Origin: Geosiphon pyriformis uo1 | Taxonomy: Eukaryota > Fungi > Glomeromycota | Direction: 5' to 3' | Length of the DNA stretch: 64,000 nucleotides | NCBI GenBank assembly: GCA_016748015.1 | Contig: JAAOMT010000446.1 | Location: forward strand, 1,752 to 65,751 | Part shown: positions 1 to 12,479 of the stretch, one piece after another | How positions within the stretch are numbered: position 1 is the first letter of the stretch | Layout of the letters: the number at the start of each line of letters is the position of its first letter | Notes under the pieces: generated by a model | The model's input: the letters and a program-made list of their open reading frames with translations, nothing else | Database searches by the model: none | Told to the model about the DNA's origin: nothing | Made by a program: the position numbers and the translations under genes

Positions 1-367
1 GTTCCCAGCAATCATAATGAAAAAATATTTTTATATTGGTTTAATATTTTCAATTTTAATATTTTTAATAAACAATTTTATTCAATATTAAAACGGATGG
101 CTCGTCACATCTTTTGTATGGTAATTATTCATTGTATGGTTTGAGGTAGTGATTGCGTCACACTGTGTTAAAGCGTAGTAAAAACAATAATAATGTTAAT
201 TTAACAAAACAAAAATAATTAATATAGCATACTACAAGGGTTAAAAACTCTGATTAATTTAAAAATAGTGGGTTTGTAACCTAAATAGTAAATTTATACT
301 GATAAATCAAAAATCTGAAAAGTCATTGACACGAACCAAACAAACCATAACAAACACGCGAAACACC

Positions 368-2624
368 ATGACTACTGTTGAAAATATTAAACGTCAATTA
401 GAGGTGGCTACGACCGAGTATAGGAGATGTGTGGAGGAGCTGAAGGAGTTTAGGAAGGGTGAGGAGGGAAATAGGTTGAGTGAATTAAAGAAGAATTTGA
501 GAGAGAAGGAGGATGTGGACGAAAACCAAAGGAAGAAGTGGACAGAAGAAAAAGAAGATCTGGAAAAGGAAGAAAAAAACCTGGAGGTAGAAAAGAACGA
601 ATGGAAGGTGCAGATGCAAAAACTACAAAATGCCTTGATGGAAACAAATAAGACAGGTGACTCGGCCTCTATTTCAGTATATTATCCTACGCTCTTATGG
701 TTTAGCCCTTTAATTGATGTTTGGATTAGAGTGTTATGAGCAAATCTCTATGACTTTTTACGTAATGGCTCTTAGTGCCTCAGCCTGCGCTCTATTTCCA
801 GTATCTTATCCTACGCCCTTTGGCAGATGTTTGGATTAGAGTGTTATGAATAAATCGCTATGACTTGTTATGTGTTCGTAATGGCTCTTAGTGCCTCAGC
901 CTGGGCCTCTATTTCATAATCTTTATTGTCATTAAAACTTCTGTTTTCTTGTAATCGTCCAACAGGTTTTATTAAGTTATGTTGTTTAATATCACTAACA
1001 GTAACCTTCTTTTGAGAAATAGAATTTGATTATTACCAGGAGCTGTCATTATTTGAGGTCCGAAATCTCTATCTTTTAAATATTTCATTATTGTCTGTTA
1101 TTAATAAACCTTTATTTCATAATAGACTTCATCAAATTCGGCTATCGGAACGCTTATTAATAGTGAAAATGCTATTGCAAGATATCGGATTTTATTTTTA
1201 CCAGAAGATAATATTCATAGTCCAATTAAGAGCTTATTTACCAACGAAGAGTGGTCAATAATGGAATCGAACTGGGAAAAGGTTTTATTTTTTATTTATT
1301 TTACTTTTATTTTAACGCGGATATTATTTATAGGTTGAAAAAAGGATCGCGGATTCGCTTCCCGAGATTGATGAGGATGTAAAATTACTTTTAAAGAAGT
1401 ATAGCAAGGGTATAAAAGATGCCACCATCAATTGTTATGTTGACCTAAACAAAGTCGAAGGCATCATTTGTAAAAACCCATTTGAAGATCAGCATTCGTA
1501 TCTGTTCGAAAGAGACTATCATCTTCGATGGGTACAATCAGTATATAATGCTTTGTAAGAAACTTTAAGCATTTTCTATGATTTTTTATTTAACTAATAT
1601 ACTAATATACTAATACATATAATTGTTAGTATATTGTGTCTTCAGAGATCATTTAGCCCCCTATTTGATCCGGATGCATCTGAATATGCATATAAAAGCC
1701 AGATTATAAACTATATTTGGGAGGCACTTTTCTTTGATGTAAATGTTATAGCCATGATGAAGACGTAAGTAATTTCATTTTAGGTTGACTTTCTAAGAAG
1801 GTTTTATATTTATGTGTATTTATTTCAAATTAGAGGTGAAGTTGAAAATGCGGACCGAAAAAAACAACTGGACTTATCAAAGAATTTGGATCACCTTAAA
1901 TCAACTATTGGAAATTGGCATCATGATGCTGTTCTAGTCATAAAAGTTGGAAGCATGTTTGTTCAAGTAGCATTTGGGGAGGTAATTGGAAATGCTTTTA
2001 AGCGTGATGACAAGAAATTCAATGATGATAAAGAAAAAATGCTTAAAGGTAAAAAGCATAACATAACTTTAATTGTTTTTGTTAAAATTACTAATATGAT
2101 TATTTTTATCTATAGCTATGCAATTGGCTCTTTTTAACCTTCGAAAATCATTACCTGAAAAGGCTCCAGGTCTTGATGATTTAGAAACCTTTGGATTACT
2201 TGTAAATAGTATGTAACGTCTAGCTTATTAATTTTTTAATATAATATTTACTAATCTTAAATATACTTTAATAATTTAGGAAAGGAGTTTTTAATGTATT
2301 CGATGCATTGGGTGGATGGAATATATTTGGTTGATCAATTTGATGGATTTACGATTCCAGATACATCACTGGATCTAGAGAATCTATCTGGTATCATTAA
2401 AATAATGATCAATTTTAAGGTAACAAATTTTATCATTTGGTTCGATTATTATTTTTAAAATAATCTTAATGTATTTTTTATTATATTATTAGAATCGCAT
2501 CATGAAATTGCGGGCCCATATGGAAGTTTTGTATAAATCAAACCAAAAATTTAAACGTGGTGGATCTCGACATATTAATGATTCTATTGTTTATGCATCG
2601 CCATTAAAGGGTACAAAAAGTTGA
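368..2624 (+). CDS. 9-exon gene (~471 aa): N-terminal coiled-coil header plus C-terminal PD-(D/E)XK/REase-like domain (Crinkler-like effector family, tentative)
   Basis: Manual GT-AG splicing gives an open frame: 368-656, 1023-1057, 1126-1281, 1334-1554, 1630-1764, 1834-2048, 2116-2208, 2280-2419, 2493-2624. Motifs SEYAY..YIWEALF, GEVEN, HHDAVL..QVAFGEVIG, KFNDDKEKMLKAM resemble fungal REase-fold proteins. Gene structure is well supported; the function is inferred. Confidence 0.7.
664..917 (+). repeat. ~120 bp tandem repeat (2 units plus a start of a third) in intron 1
   Basis: ctctatttc..tatcctacgc..gatgtttggattagagtgttatga..cgtaatggctcttagtgcctcagcctg occurs twice, and ggcctctatttca recurs at ~905. 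Confidence 0.9.
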
Positions 2625-2700
2625 AGAAATTTGTTTAATTATATACTTTAAAAATAATAAAAATAGTTATTAGATTAATAAAAAGATTTAAAAAAAAGCA

Positions 2701-2885
2701 ATTATAAATAATTAGAGCTTTCATTTCTTTTAAAATAAGAAAAACAAGCAAGGGGAAATAGCATTGAAAAATCCAGAATAGACATTAATTATATAAATAA
2801 TTTGCTAGTTTATTATCAATATTTTATATTCAAATGATTGTTTATCAAATTTATTTCTAGTAAAAACAGCATTCGAGAAATTTTC
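2701..2885 (+). repeat. ~185 bp diverged direct duplicate of 9540-9729
   Basis: Shared blocks aaataatttgctagtttattatcaata, atattcaaatgattgtttat and aaaaacagcattcgagaaattttc. Confidence 0.9.
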
Positions 2886-5566
2886 AGTGTACTAATAGAA
2901 TTCAAGACGTTCATTCAATGCTCGAAAATTTTTGTGAACTTTTGCATAAATTTCAAAAACTGGAAATATTTAATACCCAAAATTCACAAAAGCAAAGTTT
3001 TATAAAGAGCTTAAACAATATACTAGTTATTATCAATCTTATAATTTTGTGAATACATTAACAAAAATATAAATATATTCAGAAGACATTTCCACTCAAT
3101 ACAGAAAATAAGAAATCCAAACCACTATAGATACTAGCTGCAACACCCAACAAAATAATTATATCTTTATGAACAAAACCAAGAGTTGTTTTGTTTTTAG
3201 AATTATTGTATAAAATTCTGATGTTTAATTTGGTTTAATTTGGTTTAGTTTGAGTTCAATTAAATTATTAAATCAAACCAAACTTAAACAGAGATTTTGG
3301 CTAAATTTTGAACTTAAACTTAAATCAAACTTATAATTATTGAACCTGAATTCAACTTAAATCTAAACAACAAGTTTAGCTCAAAATTTGTAAATATATT
3401 AAATTTAATTATTAAAAATTATATTATATTATTAACAAATTTTTCTTTCAATGGTTTTTGTATTTATGATTAAAAATATTGTGCTGCTTTTATAGTTTTA
3501 GGCATTAAGTAAAATTTTTTCTTGAATTAATATAATATAAAGTATTATAATTGTATTTATTTTAAAGTAATATTTAACTAATTTTTTTTTGCTGCTTTAA
3601 TTATTACAATAAGTAATAAATCTAATATTAAATATATTAAAATAAATAAATAAATCCAATTAAAATTATAATATTTTATCAGATTTATTATTATTAATTG
3701 TGTCTTTAATATTATTAAATATAATATTAAAATGAAAAATAATTAAAAAGACAATATTATTTGAATTAAGTAATATTTTGATTATAATATTCTTAAATAA
3801 TTTAACAATTTTATCAAAAACAATCCAATAATTATATAAAATAACATATTAATAAAAGTTAATATAAGTATTAATAAAAATATTAAGTATTTATAAATTT
3901 ACAATTAAAATTTTTGTATTTAAAATATATAAAATAAAAAATAAAAAACTTATTAATTTAAAAAATAATCTATTCTTAATTTATGTTATTAAAAAATTTT
4001 CTATCTTTTTTTTGTTGTTATTAATGCTATTTTTTTGTTAATTCTGCTATTATTAAAAGTTAATAAATTTTTAATAAGTTAAGTTATTTTTTAAAATATC
4101 TTTTTATATTTTAGTTTATATATATTATTAAATTTATAAAAAAATAACCAATTCTATGCTAATTATTTTATATAATTACTTTGTAATAAAAGTCAACTTT
4201 TTTACAGAAATGTTTTATTTGTAAGTTTTTCAATAATGTATAATTACTTTGCTGTAAAAACAACTTTTTTACAAGAAATTTTAATTGTATGTTATTTAAT
4301 AATATAAGAAAATAAATGAAATAAATTTTAAAAAAAATAATAAAAAATGTGTTTAATAAAATATTTTCGTATTTAGATCTAAAAATACTAATAGTTACTG
4401 AAATTGATAGTTAGTTAATTTTAATTATTGTAATTTCATAATTAAAAATAGTTAAAAATTTGGATTAAAAAAGTTTTATTTAAAAGTAATTTATAATAGT
4501 TTTCTGACTAAATTGCTTCTAAAAAAAATGATTTTAAATTAAAATATTTGATTAAAATCTATTTTCTTAAAAAAGAAAACTTTTTTTTTATATATTTTGC
4601 TGTAGTATTATTTTCTAAACTAATATTTTTTTTTCTGATTTTTTGGCAAACTAAATATATTTTGTTAAACTATAAGTTATTTCTGTGAATTAATAATTAT
4701 TTTGTTAATTTTAAATATATTGGTAAATTTTTCAATATTATGTAGTTTAGTGTATTATATAATTTAATTATTACAATTAGTTATATTTGTATTTCTGTAC
4801 AAATTGAGTTATTAATTAAATAATATATGCTAATTAATAATAGAAATTATAAGAATAATTTTATGCTAATTAATATTTCAAATTTCTATTGATAATAATA
4901 TATGTTTATATATTATTTCTTAAAAGTTAATCTGAAATTTACCTATAATAATAAAATCTTTTTTAAAACTACTTTTATAATTATTTAATGTATTTTTTTA
5001 AGCTAAAAACATAAATGTTAATTTTAACAATAAAGCTTTTTATCAATTAGTAATAATATGATTAAAAATTATTTTTTTTAAAAATTTTGTTAATAAATAA
5101 TAGTTTTATTTAATAAATAACACAAATAAGTTTTCTAGTATTTTTATTTGTAATTATTTAGTTTTTAATATTATTTTTTATGTTTTTTTAATTAAAGATT
5201 TTTTTAAATATTTATTTTAAAAGTAAAAGTTAAAAGATAATTAAAATTGAAAATTAAAAATTAAAAGTTAATAAGATTAAAAAATAGTTTCTCTTAATAT
5301 TAAAGCTATAATATATATATATATTTATAGTTTTATAAAAAAACATATTATAATACTCTTTTTTTAATATTTTAATTTGATGTTTATTTTTATTATAAGC
5401 TGATATTTGCTGTCATTATAAAATAGTGTTTGCTGTTATATCTATTATTACTATTTTAAAATTATTATTATGATATATTATAATTATAAAATTTTTAAAT
5501 TATTATATTGGTTTGAATTTTAAACAAATGTTTTAGAAATATTATTTTTTATTTTATTTAGAATTA

Positions 5567-7848
5567 TTTTTTTTTTATTAGAGTTTAACGAGCAAGGTCC
5601 AACCACTATCTAATACATTATGATTATGTAGAATCTTAAAATTAGATGTAGTTTATGTGTTTTCTACATGTAACCAGCTACTCGAGCCAGTTCAGACTAT
5701 ACTACATTGATGCACCAGAAGAAAACTTACCCAAAGATAACATCTTTTGAATAACAAAAAACAGAGTCACACTACAAGGAACCAATCCAACCAGCCATTC
5801 AGCTGTTTTTAAGGCATCAGCTTTAACATCAATAGGCTCATGTTCTCAAAGGAACAACAAGTTAGAAAACACCTCATCATCCAAACCAACTGGATGCTCT
5901 GAATCACCAGACATATCAATATCCTCCATGCAGCATTTTTTTTTTAAAGAAACCACTTCTCTCTCCAATTTACCAACCATCTTACTAAAAGAACCCATAT
6001 GTACCATAACTTCATTGATCTTAAGGCCAAGTTTACTGCTTGAGACCAAATCCCTATTAATAAATTGCTCAAACAATTTGACCAAAAAACCAACTGGTTT
6101 AACAATAGACTCAACCAAAGTAAAAAGCTTGACCATATCAGATTCCAAAGAAGCCAACCAGAAAGACACTAAGGAATCACCAACAACCATAGAAAGTGAA
6201 GTAGAAGCTGCCAAGAGAGGAAACTCAGAAGAATCCAGGGAAGCAGAAGCTTTTGCATAGGAAACACCACCCACAAAACAAGACTTGAAAACCATGAGAA
6301 TCTTGGGAGTAGAAGGTGGGGAAATTTTGCAATCCACAGCCAGATGGCCCATCTCTTGACACCTAAAGCAGTGCTGGCAGCCAGGAGTTTTCCACCAGAT
6401 ATGGCATTTCCTTAGAGTACTAGTCTTGACTACAGCAGAATCCAAATCACCTTGAGAGTTAAATGTAATCAAAGCAAACTGGGAATAACGACCAGAATCA
6501 GAAAAACAAGGGATAAAACATGTTTGACTACCAATCTGAGAAATCATATCACTGATTTCAAAAGCGGTGCAGCCAGGGGGAAGGTTGACCAATTTGGCCT
6601 TAAACTTATCACGAAAAATAGTCTCATTTTAATTCACTAGAAAAAGGATTTTAACACTATCCTTGCCCATCAAGACTGACCAATGCTTCAAGGCAGACAC
6701 AGCAGAGTCCAATTTTTTAAAATAAACCACCACATACTGCCAAATGCCAGCAGACTTCAGCACAACATGAGTGACACTACCAAACACACTGAGAGCCAAC
6801 TTAACATCAGCAGCAGACACACCCAAAGGTACATTACACAGTGCAACAATAGCAGGAGAGGAACCAGATTCAGAAACCACCAAAAACTTGGCAATTTTAA
6901 AAGTGGCCAAACGAACAGAACTTATAAGCTTAACCAGAAACGCAGCTTTCAAAGACTGTTGAAAAGCAAACTCCACACAGAAAAGCTTCACATTGTTTTT
7001 TGAAACAGATTTAGCACCTAAAAAACCATGTACAGACTGAAAAACAGTCTTAACATGAGCCAATTTGATCTTAAAAGTAGCACCAAACACCAGAATAAAG
7101 GCCACCCACTCAGCAAATCTTTAATGATTAGTAATAGTTTTTCAAACACCACCAGAAGTAGCACCAGAAGCTAAAGAAGAAGATGATTCAGTTTTCATCT
7201 GATCAGCCCAGTTCCCAAAAATAAGTGACTCAACAGGAGAAGATTGTTTTGCTTCTAAAACTGGTAATAATCTGCTGGAAGAAACCACATTTGACAACAC
7301 AGCCAGTGGTTAATCTTGGCTCATCTTGGATGACATGTCGGATGATGCTATGGAGATTTCATCTAAGATCTCATTGAGAACCACAAAGGGGTTCAGTATA
7401 ACAATAGTAAAGGCAAGCAACTATCTCCACTTTTTTGAACTTTTGGTCTTTTTGACTATTTTTTTTAAAGAGGAGGTGCTAGCAGCACCAAGTAAAAAAT
7501 CTATGGAGGGAAAAACCAGCTTATTTACTGGTTTATTATTAAAAACTTTTGGGCTCTTGGTTGGGGTGGAGGCAACACTGGAACTAACCCAAGTGTGTCT
7601 CTTTGAAAGAACTTTGACTGGTGAGAAACCAGCCAAAGATGAGGAAATTGCTTCAGTGGCTACCAAAGGCAGCTTATCACAATTACTGGGTAAAAGAAAG
7701 GCTTCTAAAACGTTTTGCCTAGTTGCTTCTACAACAAAGAGAGCTTCTCTGGTTGAAATTTTATTAGATATCTTAGAACAGATATCAGGTGCAGCTTTTT
7801 TACTCTTTGTTCTGGTCGTGGTCATAAAATTTTAAGGAGACAAAGAGT
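5567..7848 (-). mobile_element. Non-autonomous ORF1-only LINE derivative (HAL1-like), copy A, degenerate
   Basis: ORF1 7825->5702 (MTTTRTKSKK...SSGASM*) broken by nonsense transitions. RRM-like segments and CCHC knuckle CFRCQEMGHLAVDC. The stop is followed directly by a ~120-nt 3'UTR and poly(A) (T-run 5567-5576 on +). No ORF2. Confidence 0.85.
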
Positions 7849-8125
7849 TTTTTTGGTTTGTTTTATTCAGAATTATTTGTATTGTTAAATTAAATATATA
7901 ATTAAAGTATTGAAATTAAAAATATTTTGAGTTTTATTAAATGTTTTTTCTTTTAATTTTCTTTTTAATTCTTTTATAAAAGTATTATTATTTGCAATAT
8001 TATTTAAGATAATAGCAAGAAACTGTAAAAAAAAATTGGTTTAATAACTAATAAAATTAATAATAAAATTATATAAAAAAAATAAGTGTAACTTTTTTTT
8101 AAACTGTTTTTTAATCTTTTTGACT

Positions 8126-8570
8126 AAAAATTTGGCTTAAAACAATGATGAAAACTATTTAAGCTAATATTAAAAAAATGTAATTTTCAATAATTTAGAC
8201 ATCATAGTAATTTTAAGTTTTAAATAATGCTAATATTAAAAATTTAGCTCTATAGTAATAATAAAAACTAACTTAGGTTAATATTAAAAAAATATTATTT
8301 TTAATAATATAAACACTATAATAACTTTAAGTTTTAAATAATACTAATACTGAAAATTTAGTTTTAAAACAATAATAAAAACTAACTTAAGCTAATATTA
8401 ATATAATTTTTAATAATATAAACACTATAATAATTATAAGTCTTAAATAATATTAATATCAAAAATTTGGCTCTAAAACAATGATAAAAACCAATTTAAA
8501 TTAATATTAAAAAACACAATTTTTAATAATATTAATAATATAATATTTTTAAGTTTTAAATAATACTAAT
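8126..8570. repeat. AT-rich tandem repeat, ~110-114 bp unit, ~4 copies
   Basis: aaaaatttggc/aaaaatttagc..aaaaactaacttaagctaatatta..taagttttaaataatactaat recurs at ~8126, 8238, 8352 and 8461. Confidence 0.8.
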
Positions 8571-9255
8571 TTGTTATATAATATGCCGATTTTATTATTA
8601 ATTATTGACTAATTCAAATTTATATAAAAGAGATATATATATATGTATATTTAATATAATTCTATAATATTTTAATACTTTAAAAAATCTGTTTATAATA
8701 TTTATTTTGAAAATAATTAAAATAGCAATTATAATATTTAATGTAATATATTTAAATTATTTTAGATTTTTAGAGTAATAAAAGATTTTTAAAATTATAT
8801 AGTAAAATTTTGAGTATATATTTTTAAAATTAGTATATTTATTGGATATGCTTAGGCTTTGTACACCATAGTAAAATTTTTCATATTTGATTTTTGATTT
8901 AACCAAGTAGGATATTTTAAATTAAGAATAACATAATTGTTAACATATTTATCAATTTTTAAAATTAAAAAAATCTTGAAAAAATGCTTTTTTAATTGTC
9001 AACAAGGTATTTAAGAGATAAAAAAATGATATTCAAATTTAAAAGCTTTATTTATAACATCCATTCAACACACATTTTATTTCGACTACATAGGTAATTG
9101 CGAGCCATTTTATTACATGGAAAAAGCATTTTGTCTGCTTATAAAAGAAAAACAACCCACTAAATAGTTTGCATGACGATAAAATGGTTGAACAAGCAGG
9201 CTATATCCAAATCACAAATCCACAATAAAAGAAACAAATTAATGCTAATAATATT

Positions 9256-9546
9256 CAAAGGAAAGATATTAATAGTCCAAAAAAATTATTCTCGATTATT
9301 CTAATTAGATTTAGAACGCAGCTGAAAGATGTTTCACCTTTTCTTTCAGATGAATTAAAAGAAGAGTTATAAAGGTATTTGACGTTACTGGAATTGATTA
9401 TGTTAAATTGCCTGGAAACGTTAAAACACATCTTTCTTGAGATCAATGAAATACTAGAAGGCAGAGGCGAAAGTATTATCGAAGATGTGAAAAATATAAA
9501 ATCGAAGAGAAATAGAGAAATTTTACCAGAGCAAAAATTATTATAA
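9256..9546 (+). pseudogene. Possible 3' coding remnant of an unknown gene
   Basis: One frame reads QRKDINSPKKLFSIILIRFRTQLKDVSPFLSDELKEEL*RYLTLLELIMLNCLETLKHIFLEINEILEGRGES...EQKLL* with one internal TAA. It has higher GC than its flanks. Confidence 0.35.
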
Positions 9547-9729
9547 ATAAATAGAGCTTCCATTTCTTTCTTTTAAAATAAGAAAATCAAGAAAAGGGAA
9601 ATAGTATTGAAAAATTTAGAATAAATATTAATTTAAATAAATAATTTGCTAGTTTATTATCAATAGTTCATATTCAAATGATTGTTTATAAAATTTATTC
9701 TTAGCAAAAACAGCATTCGAGAAATTTTC
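9540..9729 (+). repeat. Second copy of the ~185 bp duplicate, immediately downstream of the brn1 stop
   Basis: Direct similarity to 2701-2885. Confidence 0.9.
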
Positions 9730-9734
9730 TATTT

Positions 9735-12479
9735 CTAGTAAATATTGTCATGAACAGGATCGCTCTCTTGAACTATCAATAAATCTGTGCAAGTCTCATT
9801 TGATATAAGATTCAGGTTCTTCTCATTAGCCAGGTAAAGTAAACATACGAAACAAAAAGAGACCGAAATATCTTTCATCATTAGCTGAGTATAGAAGGGT
9901 TTTAGGTTATGAATTATATCGGTAAATTTATACGCCCCGCTAATTTTTTCTTTTCCATTTTCGTCTTGACTGCTTGTAGAGAGATTGGGGGGAAATGTAT
10001 TGCTTAATCTCTGCTTTTTGATTGGCAAATATATATTAGACAAAGTTCTAAAGGCCTCTAGTTTGGAATCAAAAATATTGAGAGAAAAACCTGATTATGA
10101 AATGACGCGTTTGTCATTGTTTTCCAAAGATTATCTTTCAACTGTTTTACGTCAATTTTTTTCTGAAGTCTGGCATATGGGATAGTCTCCGGTTTGATTA
10201 CCTTTGGCAGTGATACTAAATGTTCGTCATATTCGCCAGATAGCTCGAACATGTCATCTTCATAGACGGCGTTTTCTTGGTTTCCAAAAGTATCTGTTAA
10301 TACTTCAAATAAAAATCCAGCATTAGTATACGGAAATCCTTCATTTCATTTGGCCTCTGTTTTCACTTAATTATATACCTGTCGGTGGATTCAAAGAAAT
10401 TTCATTTTGGCCATCCTTTTTCCCGTCTGAAATTTCGATTTTGTTTGCAGCTTCAAAAATATTCGACCATCATATTACTAATTCAGAGTGAGGCAAACGG
10501 AAAAGAATTGTAATTTAACTCACCAAGAATAATATTTTGCCGACTCTTTAATAGCATGTGCGTTTTCGACTTTCAACAAACAAGTTAATAACAAGCACTT
10601 TTAAAAACCAACCATTATATGTTTAGGCTGCTACTACCTTGTCTCTTGGTTTCAAAAACAACAGGAATAATTTCTGCGAAGTAAAATGCATATCATCAGG
10701 AAGGAGATGCCAGTTAAAAAATTCTGAAGATTTTGGAAGACATATGGAAGAGCCCCCTTTGACAAATAGCACATTTTCATCGATATAGTCGGCATTTTTA
10801 AAATCGATAAAAGAAGAAACTCTTTTTTCTCTTCTCTTAAATACTTGAATTGAGGTTTCTGATTTCTCTAATGAAATAAAAATTTTGAACCGAGAATTCA
10901 GTTTGTATTTGTTTTTGGAGCATAACATTTATACCTTTTGTAATGTGTTTGACCTTCCAGTGCTCAGGACCTGTCCAGCTATTTGAAAAAGAGGAGTCAA
11001 AATAAGAGAAATAATCATTTATTTCATCCGCATAAGAAATTGCAATATCTCTCTCAGCAATTTGCTGTCCAAGGTTAAATTCATGAACCACAGATTCGGT
11101 GTCGCTGAATAGATTTTCAAAAACCTGGGGGTGACCAAAATTCAATGAATCATTTTCCTCAACTAAATCAGTTTCCTCATCTTCTAATATATTTTCAGAA
11201 TCATCTCTTAATATTTCAATATCGCCTTCGTCTTTCATGGAAATATCGAATTCTTTCAATGATGGACAAATATCTGTTTTAAATATCTCTTTTAATTCCT
11301 CTTGAAATTTTCCTAAAATATGTTATTAACAAAGAATTGATTTCCAATTAGGCAAAATTGTTTGGTTATTTCTGGGTCAACTCACCACGTAATTTTCTTA
11401 TATTGATTTTAAGTTCCTCGATTTCTACCTCTTTCATTTCAGTCATTTTTTCTTCTGAATTATTCAAATCGGCAACGGTACCAGCCGAATCAAAAATAAT
11501 TTTGCTTTCTGTGTCAATAAATAAATGATTCAGCAATAAACCACCAGCACCACCTTCATCAAAGTCTGCCGATGTTTTTTTGAATAGAGGGTCAACTTCA
11601 AATTCCAAATCAAATTTCTTGAGAGTCAATGTGGAATATTCTTTCACCAATGTAGGTTCTGATCTTGTTGTCTATAGGAAGAACTCAGTTATCATAGAAT
11701 CTGAATTTTTTATGAATTGGAAAGGTAAAATGACCTTGCTGGAAATACGTCGTGACACACGGATTTGAGGTTGCTCTTTTTGATGTAATTCTTCGTCTTC
11801 ATTTTCATTTTCATCTTCTGGAACTTTTATGGACAAATATTTCTAATAATTGTTGGAGGCTTTCTTGCAATCAATTAGATCCATTATTAAACCTACTTGA
11901 ATTTTGTGCCAAACCATTAAGAAGTTTACCGGTTTCCGTCGCAACTGAGTCAACGCGTGATGTATAAATTTTGATGCAGCCATCTAAAGTGCAAGAGGCT
12001 TTTTGGAAATTGATGGAGTCACCCTCCCTCAGCAAACTCATTTCGTAAAAGTAATCAATCAATGCAAGCCTCCAACTATTGTGTGTATTTATTTTCTAAG
12101 ATTATATTAAAGATTGTTTGTTAAAACTTAAGGAAGACCAAAGATGAAACCGCAACACAAATATAATTAAATATATGTCAAAAACTACATTATCGGTAGC
12201 CATTTTCAACCATTCTTCAAAGTTAACGTGCATTTGCTCAATAGATATTTTTGGCATAGGTGACGAAGAAAAATTTTGATTAATTTGCTGTCTTTGTGAA
12301 TTTGAAGCAGATGCTTGGTTGCCACCAGATCGTTTAGGGGTTAAAGCCTTCTTTCGTAAGAAAGATTCACGGCGACGACGTTTTTCAGACTCATCATCAT
12401 TGAAAATGAAATGCGTCGAAGCTGTATTTTCAGGCGAGTAAAAACAAAGCTGACGCAAAGGTGGTGTTGACAATTGCAT
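9735..12479 (-). CDS. brn1: Condensin complex subunit 2 / barren (kleisin, NCAPH), multi-exon
   Basis: FEEWLKMATDN|KIN..NSWRLALIDYF, INFQKASCTLDGCIKIYTSRVDSVATET, FEVDPLFKKTSADFDEGGAGGLLLN, W.GPEHWK, YA....IDVKQLK, DISVSFCFVCLLYLANEKNL. The last exon junctions are not fully resolved. Confidence 0.93.

Noticed and set aside
326-739. 137-aa single-exon ORF as a complete gene
   Set aside because: It starts at TTG and reads through a GT donor at 657; the real start is ATG 368 and the gene continues through eight more exons
664-917. CRISPR-like array or snoRNA cluster
   Set aside because: Only two long units in a eukaryotic intron, no unique spacers, and no proper C/D or H/ACA boxes
5928-7835. 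Plus-strand ORFs (5928-6260, 6683-7003, 7326-7835) and their minus-strand equivalents at 40946-42895
   Set aside because: Antisense shadows of the ORF1 reading frame; no independent motifs
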